This document shows, one piece after another, positions 22,023 to 34,893 of a DNA stretch of 50,516 nucleotides. The DNA is taken from positions 1 through 50,516 of the forward strand of contig NW_021834665.1 in assembly GCF_006345805.1 (NCBI RefSeq), in the 5' to 3' direction. Source of the stretch: Octopus sinensis. Lineage: Eukaryota. Numbering within the stretch: position 1 is the first letter of the stretch; each line of letters opens with the position of its first letter. The notes beneath the pieces are model-generated. The model saw nothing but the letters and a program-made list of their open reading frames with translations, was not told the origin of the DNA and did not search any database. Position numbers and translations under genes: made by a program.

Positions 22023-22820
22023 AAGGAAGCGGTTGGAATCTCTATGCTCTGACTGATGATACATCTAGTGATGGTGTCACAATAAAAACACTGGTGATTG
22101 CGCAACCTGATAATCGCTACCTCATATGAGTGACAATGAAAAACAAAATATTTTGAATAACGACGGTAATGAAACTGAAGCCCTTGATGATGACACAGTG
22201 TTGTACCCGGCAGGCTCAGAGATATTGTGGCGACTCCAGCCTGTCGTTATCCAGCAAGAGACCAGCACACATGGCGTAGATTGAACAAACAAGTTAATGC
22301 TGTGGTCATGGAGTGTTACTACCTGAGCAACGCCGTAGACGAAAATGGTGTTCATCTTAAGGGATATCGACAACGTATGTATGATCAATGGAGAGAAAGG
22401 ATTTTTTCAACTCACGGAGCAGAGATTATGTGATTAAGCTAGAGCAATAAGAAAAAATCGTTGGTTCACAGAAGTAGAGTTCGAAGCTATCAAAAGACGG
22501 TTACTGAAAAACAGCAGCAGAGGAAACGATGAAAATACAGTTCCTACTGATAAAAGTAATATCATAGCAGAAAACAGGGGTGAAATCTCTAATAAACCAC
22601 AGGAAAGGAACAGTGATAGCTTGCTCGATGAAAGACATAGATGGTTTGGAAGAAGACAATAAAACTAATGGTGACATGACAGATAGGCAAAAGGCAATCT
22701 ACGACAGAATAAAGGCAAGACTACAGGACAACGATAGCGACATTATTTGCAACCTTAAAAAGATTGATCGGTGGAAATTGAACCAAGAAACAAAAAATGT
22801 CAATGAAATTGCCTTCGAAA
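22021..22820 (+). mobile_element. 5' portion of an R4/Dong-like LINE ORF
   Basis: Frameshifted translation WRRLNKQVNAVVMECYY..GYRQRMYDQWRER..TEQRLCD*ARAIRKNRWFTEVE..LKKIDRWKL, matching the N-terminal region of R4-clade ORFs as I recall it. Starts right after (AAT)n 21958-22020. Confidence 0.7.
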
Positions 22821-22850
22821 GCTCTAAGTCTGTGTGTGTGTGTGAGAGAG

Positions 22851-22888
<38 letters not shown>

Positions 22889-23317
22889 GAGTGAGTATGT
22901 GTTTTGTAGCATGGAAGACTCATTTTTATAAAAAGAAATACTTTGAAAATAACCGTACATCTCCTACGATGCTAGTTAAGAAGCTTTTGCAAATCTATTT
23001 CAAAAGGAAGTTACACTTGTATCTCAACAGACTTGATTGGCGACCAAGATGAAAAAGAGGAAAACTCTACTCTTGAATACGCTGCCGCGGCTTTGATGTG
23101 TCTCATTCATTTGCTGAAATTACTAAATGAATGAAAGGAATACATTGTCTGGAATGTCGAATGAAAGAACGCCTTTTTTTACTCTTTCCTCGGAAGTCTC
23201 CAACGACTAACACAGAAATAGTCAAAATTTTTTTAATTTGGATTTGCTTAATCTTTGTGTGTGGGAGTAACTGTACTGACCTTATAATATATCCGTTTAT
23301 GATATACCAAAGCGTCG

Positions 23318-23908
23318 CCAAGCCTTCAACTGGCTCAATGCACAACTCTGGTTAAGATCTGAGATCCGACGCACCACCAAAGTACGGATCTACCAAGCAC
23401 TAGTGCGAACAATTCTCCTTTACGGCAGCGAGTCTTGGCCGATGAGGGTGGAAGATATTAAGCGACTAGAATCCTTCGATCACCTCTGTCTACGGCCGCA
23501 TCCTTCGTGTCCGATGACGACACTTTGTCTCCAACAATTCGGTGCGACACCAGTGCAGAATCACCTCCCTCCGACAAGTCATCCTAACGAGACGTCTGAG
23601 TTGGCTGGGTCATGCCCTCCGTCGTCAACCAGGAAAATTCATCTACGAAGCAATTGCCCCAGTTCCCCTTCAGGGTTGGCGATAGCGATGTGGTGGACAA
23701 CGAAAAACATGGCTGATGACAGTCAAGGCTGATCTGGAACCTAACCATGCCTACGGCGTTCGCCGCTGGAATAGGGATTGGTTGGATATCACGCGGTCGT
23801 TAGCCTCAAATCGCCAGGCCTGGTCGGCGTTTGTGAGAGATGCAGCATTGAGGATGAATGAAGCCAGCTCAACCCATCCCGGGTGAATGCTGTCTCAAGA
23901 CGAGAAGA
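23318..23908 (+). mobile_element. 5'-truncated RTE-clade LINE, 16-bp TSD
   Basis: TKVRIYQALVRTILLYGSESW..RRLSWLGHALRR..GGQRKTW..NRQAW, with frameshift and stops; TSD ATATACCAAAGCGTCG at 23302-17 and 23909-24. Confidence 0.9.
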
Positions 23909-24610
23909 ATATACCAAAGCGTCGACTTTTTCCACGTAGTGGCTGGATCTGACCTGCTGCAAAGGGCCTATCCGTGGGTCTAGAGAGAGAAGGAAGAACA
24001 CATGAATATCAGACGAGTGCTGCTCCTCCCTTTCCCTCAGAAAGAGAAACACACACACACACACACATAGTCAGTTCCTTTGACGTCAGAGAAAACCTGC
24101 CCCGACCCTGGAGGCCTCAAACCAATATTTGTTCGTTTTGCAAAATTTCTGATGGTGGCCTTACCGTTCCAAATAGAAAGCAAACAGAGTGAAGTCTATT
24201 TGCTGATGTGCCGTGGTGTAGCTCATGTGAAAGAGAACTAAATTCCGTATTAAAAGCACCTCTAGTAATATAACCATTATTGGTGACATACACTTCATGT
24301 TCGTGTTTTGTTGATAGGCCAGATTTGTTTATATGTTGCAGCACATGAGCAAATAGACAAATAAACATCACTGTATTTGTATACACAAGGTCACAGACCA
24401 GCGATTCACATCGTTTCGAGATAATTGCAATACATGGTATTGATAAGCCATAATAATAGCGAAATGTGGGACATCTACCATTCTCAGCATCCGAGGTGAG
24501 CTGTCTCGTGTGGTCAGTGATTTTCGGTGTTTTTTAACACTGGGCGTCGTGTAGAGAGCCTTCCCTGGATGCTATCCCGCAGCATGTTTTGCATATAAAC
24601 AAAACATATA

Positions 24611-24768
24611 CAGGAGTGGCTGTATCGTAAGAAGCTTGCTTCCCAACCACATGGTTTCGAGTTCAGTCCCACTGCGTGGCACCGTGGGCAAGTGTCTTCT
24701 ACTATAACCTCGGGCCGACCAAAGCCTTGTGAGTGGATTTGGTAGACGGAAACTGAAAGAAACCCGTC

Positions 24769-24842
<74 letters not shown>

Positions 24843-25076
24843 ATATTTAAGTATATGTTTGTGTGTCTGTGTTTGCACCCCCCACCCCCCAACATCGCTT
24901 GACAACCGCTGTTCGTGTTTACGTCCCTGTAATCTAGCGGTTCGGCAAAAAAGAGACCGATAGGATAAGTACTTGGCTTACAAAGAATAAGCTCTGGGGT
25001 CGATTTTCTTTGACTAAAGGCAGTGCTCCAGCATAGCCGCAGTCAAATGACTGAAACAAATGAAAGAATAAAAGAA
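24611..25076 (+). mobile_element. SINE family A, expanded (TA)n
   Basis: End-to-end match to other copies. Confidence 0.9.
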
Positions 25077-25769
25077 TTGCTTATTTGCAAGCAATAATAT
25101 TTGCATTACTAGAGGTGCTTTTGATTGATGATGGTTGCTATTGCCAACAAGCGTAAGCTCAATCATTTGCTTTGAATAAAGAATATACTAGGGGATTTTA
25201 AGGATATCGCGAAGGGCTTGCTTCGAGGCCCAACCTTCTGAATTCTTTTACAGGGCCTAGAAAAACTGAAGGGCCGCAGCAATAAGTATGTGAATTTGAG
25301 AGGGGAATATGTCGAAAACAATCATAATTTACTGATCCTCCTTTTATTCTCAGGAACTTTTCTGCGCCCCATCACATATTCTTCGGCTCACGACCCCTCT
25401 AACCGTTCTTGTTTTGTTCCTACGGTTTGCGAAATCTTTTTGTTGGCTAGGAATTACAAATAGAACTGTATAGTTATGATGCTTTCATTCTTTATATAAT
25501 CTAATTTCTTTAGTAAATTCCTGTGTCCTATATTTTCCAAACTCTTCATTCATGAGAAGAGGTTTTCAAATTCTTACCAAACTTTTAAATTGCAAAGGCT
25601 TCTGCGTTTCCTTAACAGTCATTGTTACAATATTCAATTAACGATATCTATGTCTTCATTTTATATTATTTTTTTATTATTTTTTGGAATTCCAATATTC
25701 ATTATCAGTATCAGATATACTCTGTTCTGTTCAGTTATTAATCCATGTATATAAATACACATATATGCA

Positions 25770-26560
25770 TACATATGTATATACACACAGACAAGCAAAC
25801 AGACAAACAAGCAGATTGACAGACAAGCAGACGGATAGACGGATATGGATAGATATGTATGTGCAAGCATGCAGGTATGAATATATTCATACATACACAC
25901 GTACATACATACATACATACATGCAGATAAACATTCATACAGACGTATCTACATACATATGCATACATACGTACATATAATATATGCATACACATATATG
26001 CATGCGTGCACACATTCATACAGACAGGAATACACACATACATACCTACAACAATACATACATGCAGACAAACATTCATACAGAGGTACCTACATACATA
26101 TGCATGCGTACAAACATACATACGTACATATACATATATGTATACACATATACATACGTATACATACGTGCATATATTCATACATACATCCGTGTATGCA
26201 TACATACATACATGCATGCATACATACATACACACACACATACATATGCATACGTACAAGCATACATACGTACGTATATATATATGTATACACATACATG
26301 CATACGTGCATGCATTCATACATACAGCTATATATGCATACATATATACATATATGAATATACATATACATACATGCATGCATACACACATACACACACA
26401 CATACATATGCAAACGCACAAGCATACATACGTACATACATACATGTATACACATACATGCATACATTCATACATTACATATATGAATGTACACATACGT
26501 ACATGCATACATACATACACACACATACATACTTACTTATATACATACATATACGCATGC
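25770..26560. repeat. Degenerate (CATA)n-derived array with ~141-162 bp higher-order period
   Basis: Anchors at 25920/26061 and 26097/26243/26405. Confidence 0.75.
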
Positions 26561-26873
26561 TCTCTATTTCCCTGACCCTCTTTTGTTTTTGTACGTGTAT
26601 GGCAATGACTGCATACGTGTGTACATCTATCTATTTATACATACACACACAACACACACACACACGTACACACAATACACACACACACAATGCACACACA
26701 CACACACACATATATATATATAGACACACAGACATTAAATATGTGTGTATGTGTGTGTATTTATATATTTATATAACAACACACACACACACATACACAC
26801 ACACAGATATTACGCACTCACCCACTGAGGCATACACTCATACATACACACATGCATATATCAGCTTTTCTAC

Positions 26874-26914
<41 letters not shown>

Positions 26915-27066
26915 GCTTAATTTTCGTCCTTTCCATCTGTCTATCTACCTCTGCATCTCTATCTGTCATCTATATGTCTCCCTGTCTATTTATCTTTCTG
27001 CCTATCTGTCACTCATGTCCTTCTCTCTGTCTATTTGTCTATCCCTCGGTCTGTCTGTCTGTCTGT

Positions 27067-27276
27067 CTTTCTTTTATTTGTTTCAGTCATTTGACTGCGG
27101 CCATGCTGGAGCACTGCCTTTAGTCGAAGAAATCGACCCCAGGACTTAATTCTTTGTAAGCCTGGTACTTATTCTATAGGTGTCTTTTTGCCGAACCGCT
27201 GAGTTATGGGGACGTAAACACAAACATCGGTTGTCAAGCGATGGTGGAGGGACAAATACAGACACACAAACATATG

Positions 27277-27310
<34 letters not shown>

Positions 27311-27388
27311 TATATATATATATAATATATATATGTGTGTGTGTGTGTGTGTGGTGTGTATATATATATTATATATATATATATTATA

Positions 27389-27426
<38 letters not shown>

Positions 27427-27596
27427 TATATATACGACAGGCTTCTTTCAGTTTCTGTTACCAAATCCACTCACAAGGCTTTGATCGGCCCGAGGCTATT
27501 GCAGAAGACACTTGCCCAAGATGCTACGCAGTGGGACGGAACACGGAACTATGTGGTTGGTAAGCAAGCTACTTACTACACAACCACTGCTGCGCC
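27067..27596 (-). mobile_element. SINE family A, expanded internal microsatellite
   Basis: End-to-end match. Confidence 0.9.
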
Positions 27597-28468
27597 TAAT
27601 ATATTTATCTATTTCATATCTATGACCAAAAGCGTTCCAGCCATGAACAACCCCTATGTAATTTTTCTTCATGATCTAAAGCACATTATCCAACATATTT
27701 GCTCTTATTTAAGACGACTGCGACACTTGAGGAAGAATTGGCTGCTTTTTCCAGCAAATCAACAGAACACACAAAAGCATCCAGTACGGTTTGAAGCAAT
27801 CATGTTTTGTCAACACTTGCGCAAAAGTGAGAGTTTCGGTTTCAAGTGTCTTTGTTTCCGTATCGTAGATACTGGTACGTTACGAGTTTAATCTACGAGA
27901 GCTATTACGTAACGAGAGCTGCTCCAGTTAGTGTTTGCATCATTAGCTTGAACGCGAGAAGGCCCAATTAAAATGAATCTAAACATCGCAATAACGAAAG
28001 CTTGAAAGACCGAATTATTCATGGGTAACGGTAGCGGGGGCGGCGGTGGAGATAATAACATTGAGAAGCTACAACTTTTATAAGCCTATAAGATATTATA
28101 AGATATTAAAACGGTTAACATGATCAAACAATATACTGTATACAATCATTCAAAAATAGAGCTCTTAGAAAACAAAAACAAAAAAAAAATTAATGAGCTG
28201 GGCAACATCCATACTTCAGAAATACAGTTTGGATTGGTAACATTCTAATGGCAGAAATTTGGGTGGGAAATAATGTCTTAGAGTTAGGAAACTCCTGTCC
28301 TATTTATGGTTACAGTGACTTATAGATATTAATGTGTAATAGTTACATTCAGACTGATACCGCAACAAGTTGCTACATAATATGACTGCAATAGATACAT
28401 TGAGCGATTTGGCGGGAAATGAACTCGATTCGTGTTCGTTGTATGAATACATCTTTACTTAGATACTT

Positions 28469-28895
28469 GAATCTTTTCGGTTTAAACGGCAGTTTTTAAC
28501 ATAATTTCTAGGTTACTAGAAAATTTAAAACTTCGTATACTGGTAGAATGTGTTTATAAAACATATTTTTCTCTTGGCTTTATTGAGAAAATTCTATAGT
28601 TTGTAAGATATTTGTTGTTGTTTTTTTCTTCAATTTCTGCAATTTCAACCAATCACTGACGTCTATTGAGGTAAAACATTCTGTGCCGTATGAATATGTC
28701 CCTCGTTTAAGAAACAGATTGGGTTTATTTACATTTGTGAAGAAAAAAAGATACCCTTCCCCCACCCCTAACCCTAACTAACCCTAACCCTAAAACAGGT
28801 TGAAATGCAATAGATCGATACTAGGGTCATAATTATGGATGACAATTTCATATGACACCGCTAGAAAAAAACTGCCGTTCAAACCGAAAAGATCC
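28469..28895 (-). mobile_element. Second copy of the TTAGGG-carrying MITE, inverted; TSD not preserved
   Basis: Colinear reverse complement of 14029-14476; about 4 CCCTAA-type units at ~28767-28793. Confidence 0.85.
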
Positions 28896-29165
28896 TCATT
28901 TCGTCCAGTATTGGGGCCAGGCCATCTCTAATTATTTTCCATCGGCAGGATTTACAAGAGTTACTCAAGCGCTGAGAATTTCGTTTATGGCACTTGGATA
29001 GGCGTTATGCACGAAACTCTCAGCCCTTGAGTCATTTGGCAACTTCTACCGATTTAAATATATATACTCATGCACAGATTTCTATTCATTTTGTTATGTA
29101 TTTCCACCTATCTGTCACTCAGTCCCCTTCTCTGTCTATTTTGTCTATCTCTCAGTCTGTCTGTC

Positions 29166-29286
29166 TTTCTTTTATTTCTTTTATGTGTTTCAGTCATTTG
29201 ACTGCGGCCATGCTGAGGCACTGCCTTTGGTCGAAGAAATCTACCCCAGGACTTAATTCTTTTTAAGCCTAGTACTTATTCTATCG
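29166..29286 (-). mobile_element. SINE family A 3' end
   Basis: TTTCAGTCATTTGACTGCGGCCATGCT. Confidence 0.8.
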
Positions 29287-29385
29287 ATGGAAAATAATTA
29301 GATAAGTAGAGAGGGACTGAGTGACAGATAGGTAGAAAGATATGTATTTTTTTAGATGTGTATACATATATGTATATATACAAAG

Positions 29386-29610
29386 TGTGAGGGCGCGTGG
29401 CCTAGCGGTTAGGGTGCTACGATCGCTGGATCGTGGTTTCATTTCCTGGAGCGAGTGGTATTATGTTCCTGAGCAAAGCACTTCATCTCATGTTGCTCTG
29501 CGATCACCTTGATACCTGATATGTGGTACACCGTGTCCCTGTACAGACAAAGGAGGGAGTAGGCTAATGTACAAAACTTACATTTGATCACTATAAACAA
29601 ATCATTTGTC
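29386..29610 (+). mobile_element. tRNA-derived SINE, family D-like
   Basis: GGGCGCGTGGCCTAGCGGTTAG..GGTTTCATTTCC..GAGCAAAGCACTT. Confidence 0.7.
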
Positions 29611-29749
29611 CAGGTTGTTCAACAAGAAATTGCAGTAAAACCGTATTTCTCGGACTACGAGAGACTAACATCATCATATATACAGAATATACACCGCCAA
29701 TAGTTGTTGACAAACAACGGCACTAATTTTATTCTGCTGAATACACGTC

Positions 29750-29937
29750 ATTGATTCGTTGAAATTACCGAAGTACGACAACTTTAACACGAAATAACTT
29801 CGTAAATATAAACTTTTCTCAAAAACACTAAGAATAAAAGATGTTTTATATGACACATTCTACCAGTGTCTGAAGATTGAAAGTGTTTAGTTACAAAAGA
29901 TTAATTTCTCGATCTACCGTTCAAAGGGAAAAGATCC
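29750..29937. mobile_element. Single arm of a GGATC-terminal TIR element
   Basis: Shares ACACATTCTACCAGT and the terminal CCGTTCAAA..GAAAAGATCC with 14029 and 20028. Confidence 0.65.
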
Positions 29938-30159
29938 TTCCATTATAATGAATACCAATATAGCGATTTTTTTTTCAATTCTCCCGCCACGATGGTATTT
30001 AAACAACAATGCTAAGTGAGTCTTGTAATAAAAAATAAAATCTTTACAGCGAATATTTTCAGTTCAATGAAACGCAACTAAACCTGTGGCTGCCAAAATC
30101 CCTTGCATCAGCGAAAAGCAATTTTTTTAAAGATAACACATCCTGTAAACTCAAACATA

Positions 30160-30310
30160 AGCGCAGGTGTAGCTGTGCGGTAAGTAGCTTGCTTACTAAC
30201 CACATGGTTCCGGGTTCAGTCTCACTTTGGGCAAGTGTCTTCTACTATAACTCAGGCTGACCAAAGCTTTGTGAGTGGATTTGGTAGACGGAAACTGAAA
30301 GAAGCTCGTC

Positions 30311-30382
<72 letters not shown>

Positions 30383-30632
30383 TATATATATATGTATATA
30401 TATATGTATGTATGTATGTGTATATGTTTGTGTGTCTGTGTTTGTCCATCCACCAACATCGCTTGACAACTGATGCTAGTGTATTTACGTCCCCGTAACT
30501 AAGCAGTTCGGCAAAAGAGACTGAAACAATAAGTACTAGGCTTACAAAGAATAAGCCCTGAGTTCTATTTGCTCGACTAAAGGCTGTGCTCTAGCACGGC
30601 TGCAGTCAAATGACTGAAACAAGATAAAACAA
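30160..30632 (+). mobile_element. SINE family A
   Basis: End-to-end match, long (TA)n. Confidence 0.88.
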
Positions 30633-30876
30633 GAATATAGAAGATATAGAACAGAGAACGAACGGGTTGTTCAATAAGGAGAGACGCATACGATGTTTTT
30701 GTTACGTAAAAAAGCTGCAATATAGAATTTTAATGCGGTTTGTGACCCTGTAGTCTTCTTTAATAGCCTTCAATATCAGGTAAACCTTGTTTTGAAAATA
30801 ACTACGAAGCTTCGTCAAAGTTTCCAAATGTTATATTTACCTGCCTTGCTGAGTTTACAGATGTACACCTACTAAA

Positions 30877-31097
30877 TTATTATTGGTTTCAAATGTTGGC
30901 ACTAGGTCAGTAATTTTCGGAGGTGGCATAAAGTAGATTACATTGACTCCAATGCTCAACTGGTACTTATTTTACCGATCTCGAATGGATGAAAGGTAGT
31001 CAACCCTCGGCAGAGTTTGAACTCAGAACGTAAAGACAGATGAACCGCTGCTGGACAGTTTGCCAGCATGCTAACGATTATGCCAGCTTGCCGCCTT
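30877..31097 (-). mobile_element. SINE family B, older copy
   Basis: CTGGTACTTATTTT..TTTGAACTCAGAACG..GCCAGCTTGCCGCCTT. Confidence 0.8.
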
Positions 31098-31669
31098 AAT
31101 ATAATAAATTAATATTGTGGAAATCGTACAAGACATATGAATCTCAGCATATAATAAATATTCGTTGATTGACACTACTAATAAAGGCATAGAATGGGAG
31201 AGAAACATAAGTCAGATATTAGACTACCATACGGTGAGGTGGGGAAGCTCTTTACAAAGACCTTTAATTTGAATTAGCTTCAATTTGAATTAGCTCGCCC
31301 TTAGATAACTTCCGCTCCAGAAGGTTCTAGAATCCGTTTTGGCGGGAAAACTTGCACATTTCCTATGATGTTGTCGCCTCAGCCATAACTAGATCAGTTA
31401 GGACTGATTGGTCAAATCATATTTGAGTAGACGTTATTACCTTTTATGGCGACTCTTTTCCTTTTTATGGAAATATGTCAGGCCGTGATTCGAGAGAGGG
31501 AAAATCTGAGAACTTTGGTTCTCAGCCAACTTCTTGCTGCAGCTTTTATAAATAAGAAAATATACCGCAATGTAATTCTACAAGAATATATTTTCTTACC
31601 TTTGCTTGTGCTAAATGCTTTTACTGCGTCTTAATTTTTGAAGTTAATAACTTTGAAATCCTGTAGGTA

Positions 31670-32064
31670 GAGTCTTTTACTACTACAGGTATGACAAGGC
31701 CTGAAATTTTGGGAGGGTGTGTTACTGGATTACATCGTTCACAGTGCCTTAACTAGTCATAATTTTATCGACTCTGTAAAGGCAAAATCGACCTCTGCGA
31801 ATTTGAACTCATAACGTAAAGCCGGAAGAAATACCTATTTCTTTACTACCCACAAGGGGTTAAACATAGAGTGGACAAACAAGGACAGACAAATGGATTA
31901 AGTCGATTACATCGACCCCAGTGCGTAACTGGTACTTAATTTATCGACCCCAAAAGGATGAAAGGTAAAATCGACTCGGCGGAATTTGAACTCAGAACGT
32001 AACGGCAGACGAAATACGGCTACGCATTTCGCCCGGCGTGCTACCGATTCTGCCAGTTCGCCTC
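31670..32064 (-). mobile_element. Family B composite: long-tail copy fused to a headless older half
   Basis: Junction AAAGAAATA|GGTATTTC at 31836/31835. Confidence 0.82.
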
Positions 32065-32248
32065 ATAATAAATAATTATTTCTACAATATGTGCAGGCTA
32101 GCAATTTTGATGGCAGGGAGCAGCATTCGATTAACCACTAAGCAAAATAAACATATGCATCAAGGGGCGCCACAGAAATGGTAAATGATTTACGGCACAA
32201 AAGAAATCACTTTGAACCTGCTAAAATAATTTTCGGGATGCCTTATCT

Positions 32249-32330
32249 CTACCATGTATAGAAGTAAATATGTTACGTAAGATTAATTTTGATGAGCTGA
32301 TCAAAGACTTCGTAATTAAAAAAAAAAACA
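32249..32330 (+). pseudogene. hAT transposase C-terminal remnant
   Basis: LPCIEVNMLRKINFDELIKDFVIKK resembles the hAT dimerisation-domain end (L.IE....I.FD.II..F..KK). Confidence 0.45.
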
Positions 32331-32439
32331 TAGGAGAAATTTTTTCAGATATAAATAAAGTGGAAGTATACAAAAATAAATATTTTCCATCTTTCTGCAA
32401 ATTTCGATTCATTTTGAAAAATAAAAATTTATTTTACGG

Positions 32440-32812
32440 TTTATATAAGTGGGTACCAAAATGTTTGGGGAAGGGCAGTCTCTTACATCGGCTCTAGTGT
32501 TCGATCACGAAAAGCTGAGAGGCATAGCCGACCGCGATGGAATTTAGACTTATAACGTAAAGTAGTAAGAAATACCTATTTCTTTACTACCCACAAGGGG
32601 CTAAACACAGAGAGGACAAACAAGGACCGACAAACGGATTAAGTCGATTACATCGACCCCAGTGCGTAACTGGTACTTAATTTATCGACCCCCGAAAGGA
32701 TGAAAGGCAGAGTAGACCTCGGCAGAATTTGAACTCAGAACGTAACGGCAGACGAAATACCACTAAGCATTTCGCCCGGTGTGATAACGGTTCTGCTAGC
32801 TCGCCACCTTCG
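32440..32812 (-). mobile_element. Family B composite, same junction
   Basis: Junction AAAGAAATA|GGTATTTC at 32577/32576. Confidence 0.82.
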
Positions 32813-33619
32813 ATTGGCAGGATATTAAAGCTGTTTTAGAATAAAAATCACTTACGCATAATATTATTTCGTGAGCAGCACATGATATCGTTAAAAGGTG
32901 CTTGCGGCTCACGAGCTGCTGTTTGACGCCTTAACAGTGGGGAAAATGTTGCATTATTTATTAACAAGCAGCTGTATTAGATGAATGCACAAAATACAAA
33001 AGCCGTCTGCGTGTTGTGTTTTCATTTGTAAGCAGTTGTGAAGAGTGGGATGTGCTGGGTGTGCAGACCGCAAAGAACGGCCACTTTGATGGAGAATCGG
33101 GTGGGGTGGGGGATTGAAGGTATGCTACATTTAAAGAAGTGGCTGACCAAAACCCACGTTACACCACTGTTTGAAGGTATTTACTTAACGGTCCGAAATA
33201 GAAATTTCACAAAACTTACACAGAATGTTGTTATTCACTTTGTTCTTTGAGCATTTGCTAAAAATATATAACGGAGAATGATGAAAATCGTTTCAGCTAG
33301 GCCGGAATGTGCCTGTTGTCTTCTTCCAATCAGGACTCATGCCATTAGCCACAAAGAATAATCTCTAATTCGAGCCTACTCTAAGCTACTAAGAATGTGT
33401 GTGGCAACTTGAAGATCCACCTACCACACGCGATACACTGACGGTTGCACGGGCGCGAAAGCTACGCTGTTATCCTCATTCCGTAAACGGTGGCTTTTTA
33501 ACGGGTGGAGAGCTGAACCATCCTGGGGTACAGAGGATTCGCAATCTAGACTAGGGTCTGAAAGTCTACCACACCATAGTGGGTTACACCATGGTTCCTC
33601 TGCTTTGTGGAAGAAGGAG

Positions 33620-33806
33620 GAAGAAAGAGTGAGAGAAAGTTGTGGTGAAAGAGTACAGCGGGGTTCACCACCCCTCCCCGCCAGAGCCTCATGGAGCTTA
33701 GGTGTTTTTGCTCAATAAACACTAACAATGCCCGGTCTGGGAATCGAAACCGTGTTCTTACGACCGCGAGTCCGCTGCCCTAACCACTGGGCCATTGCGC
33801 CTCCAC
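33620..33806 (-). mobile_element. SINE family D head and body
   Basis: GTGGAGGCGCAATGGCCCAGTGGTTAG..GTTTCGATTCC..AAACACCTAAGCTCCA..CACAACTTTCTCTCACTCTTTC, shared with 5165-5449. Confidence 0.8.
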
Positions 33807-33865
33807 TGTAGCTGTTGTTCCCGATAGCCGCCGCAGGGACGATTTTCATGTCAGTCTGACTGATA

Positions 33866-34081
33866 CGAGGGTGTGCTAAAAAGTTCCTGGCTTTGGGGAA
33901 AAGAAAATACAGGAGGATCAGTTGATTATGATTTTATTCAAAATATTCCCCTCTCCGACTCACCCGCTTATTGTAACGGTCCTTCAGTTTTTTTAAGCCC
34001 TGTAAAAGAACAGGGAAGGTTTGACCTCCAGCCAGGCCTTTCCCGACACCATAAAGCCAGGAACTTTTCAGTACCCTCACG
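33866..34081. mobile_element. Mariner-type MITE with TA TSD
   Basis: TA|CGAGGGTGTGCTAAAAAGTTCCTGGCTTT ... AAAGCCAGGAACTTTTCAGTACCCTCACG|TA. Confidence 0.82.
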
Positions 34082-34402
34082 TATATGCTGCGCTTTAGAA
34101 GAACAATCTGTTTATAAGAAATGTTATCTCTGGATGAATACCACAGTAAACTTGTTTTTCAACGGCGTACATACATTAGGTATGATACGTTGCTGGTATA
34201 TGCAGGCGTGGCTCGTACGGTATGAAGGTTGCTTTACACTGGGTTTAGCTCCACTGCGCAGCACCTCGGGCAGCTATTTTGCACAATAGCCCCTCTCCGA
34301 CCAAGGCCCTTATAAAAAAATTTGGTAAACGGAAACTATATGTATGTAGAAGTATGTAAGTGAGTGTGTGTGTGTGTATGTATGTATATAAATATATATA
34401 TA

Positions 34403-34810
34403 CAGGAGTGGCTGTGTGGTAAGTAGCTTCCTTACCAACCACATGGTTCGGGGTTCAGTCCCACTGCGTGGCACCTTGGGCAAGTGTCTTCTACTATAGT
34501 CTCGGGCCGACCAAAGCCTTGTGAGTGGATTTGGTAGACGGAAACTGAAAGAAGCCCGTCGTATATATGTATATATATGTGTGTGTGTGTCTGTGTGTGT
34601 TTGTGTGTCTGTGTTTGTCCCTCCATCATCGCTTGACAACTGATGCTGGTGTGTTTGCATCCCCGTAACTTAGCGGTTCGGCAAAAAGAGACTGATAGAA
34701 TAAGTACCAGGCTTACAAAGGATGAGTCTTGGGGTCGATTTGCTCGACTAAAGGCGGTGCTCTAGCATGGCCACAGTCAATAACTGAAACAACTAAAAGA
34801 GTAAAGAGTA
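34403..34810 (+). mobile_element. SINE family A
   Basis: End-to-end match. Confidence 0.9.
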
Positions 34811-34828
34811 TACATACACATATGCATG

Positions 34829-34893
<65 letters not shown>

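Noticed and set aside
24340-24495. Plus-strand exon with GAG|GTGAGC donor
   Set aside because: Stops in all three frames from both candidate acceptors; could only be non-coding, with no further support.
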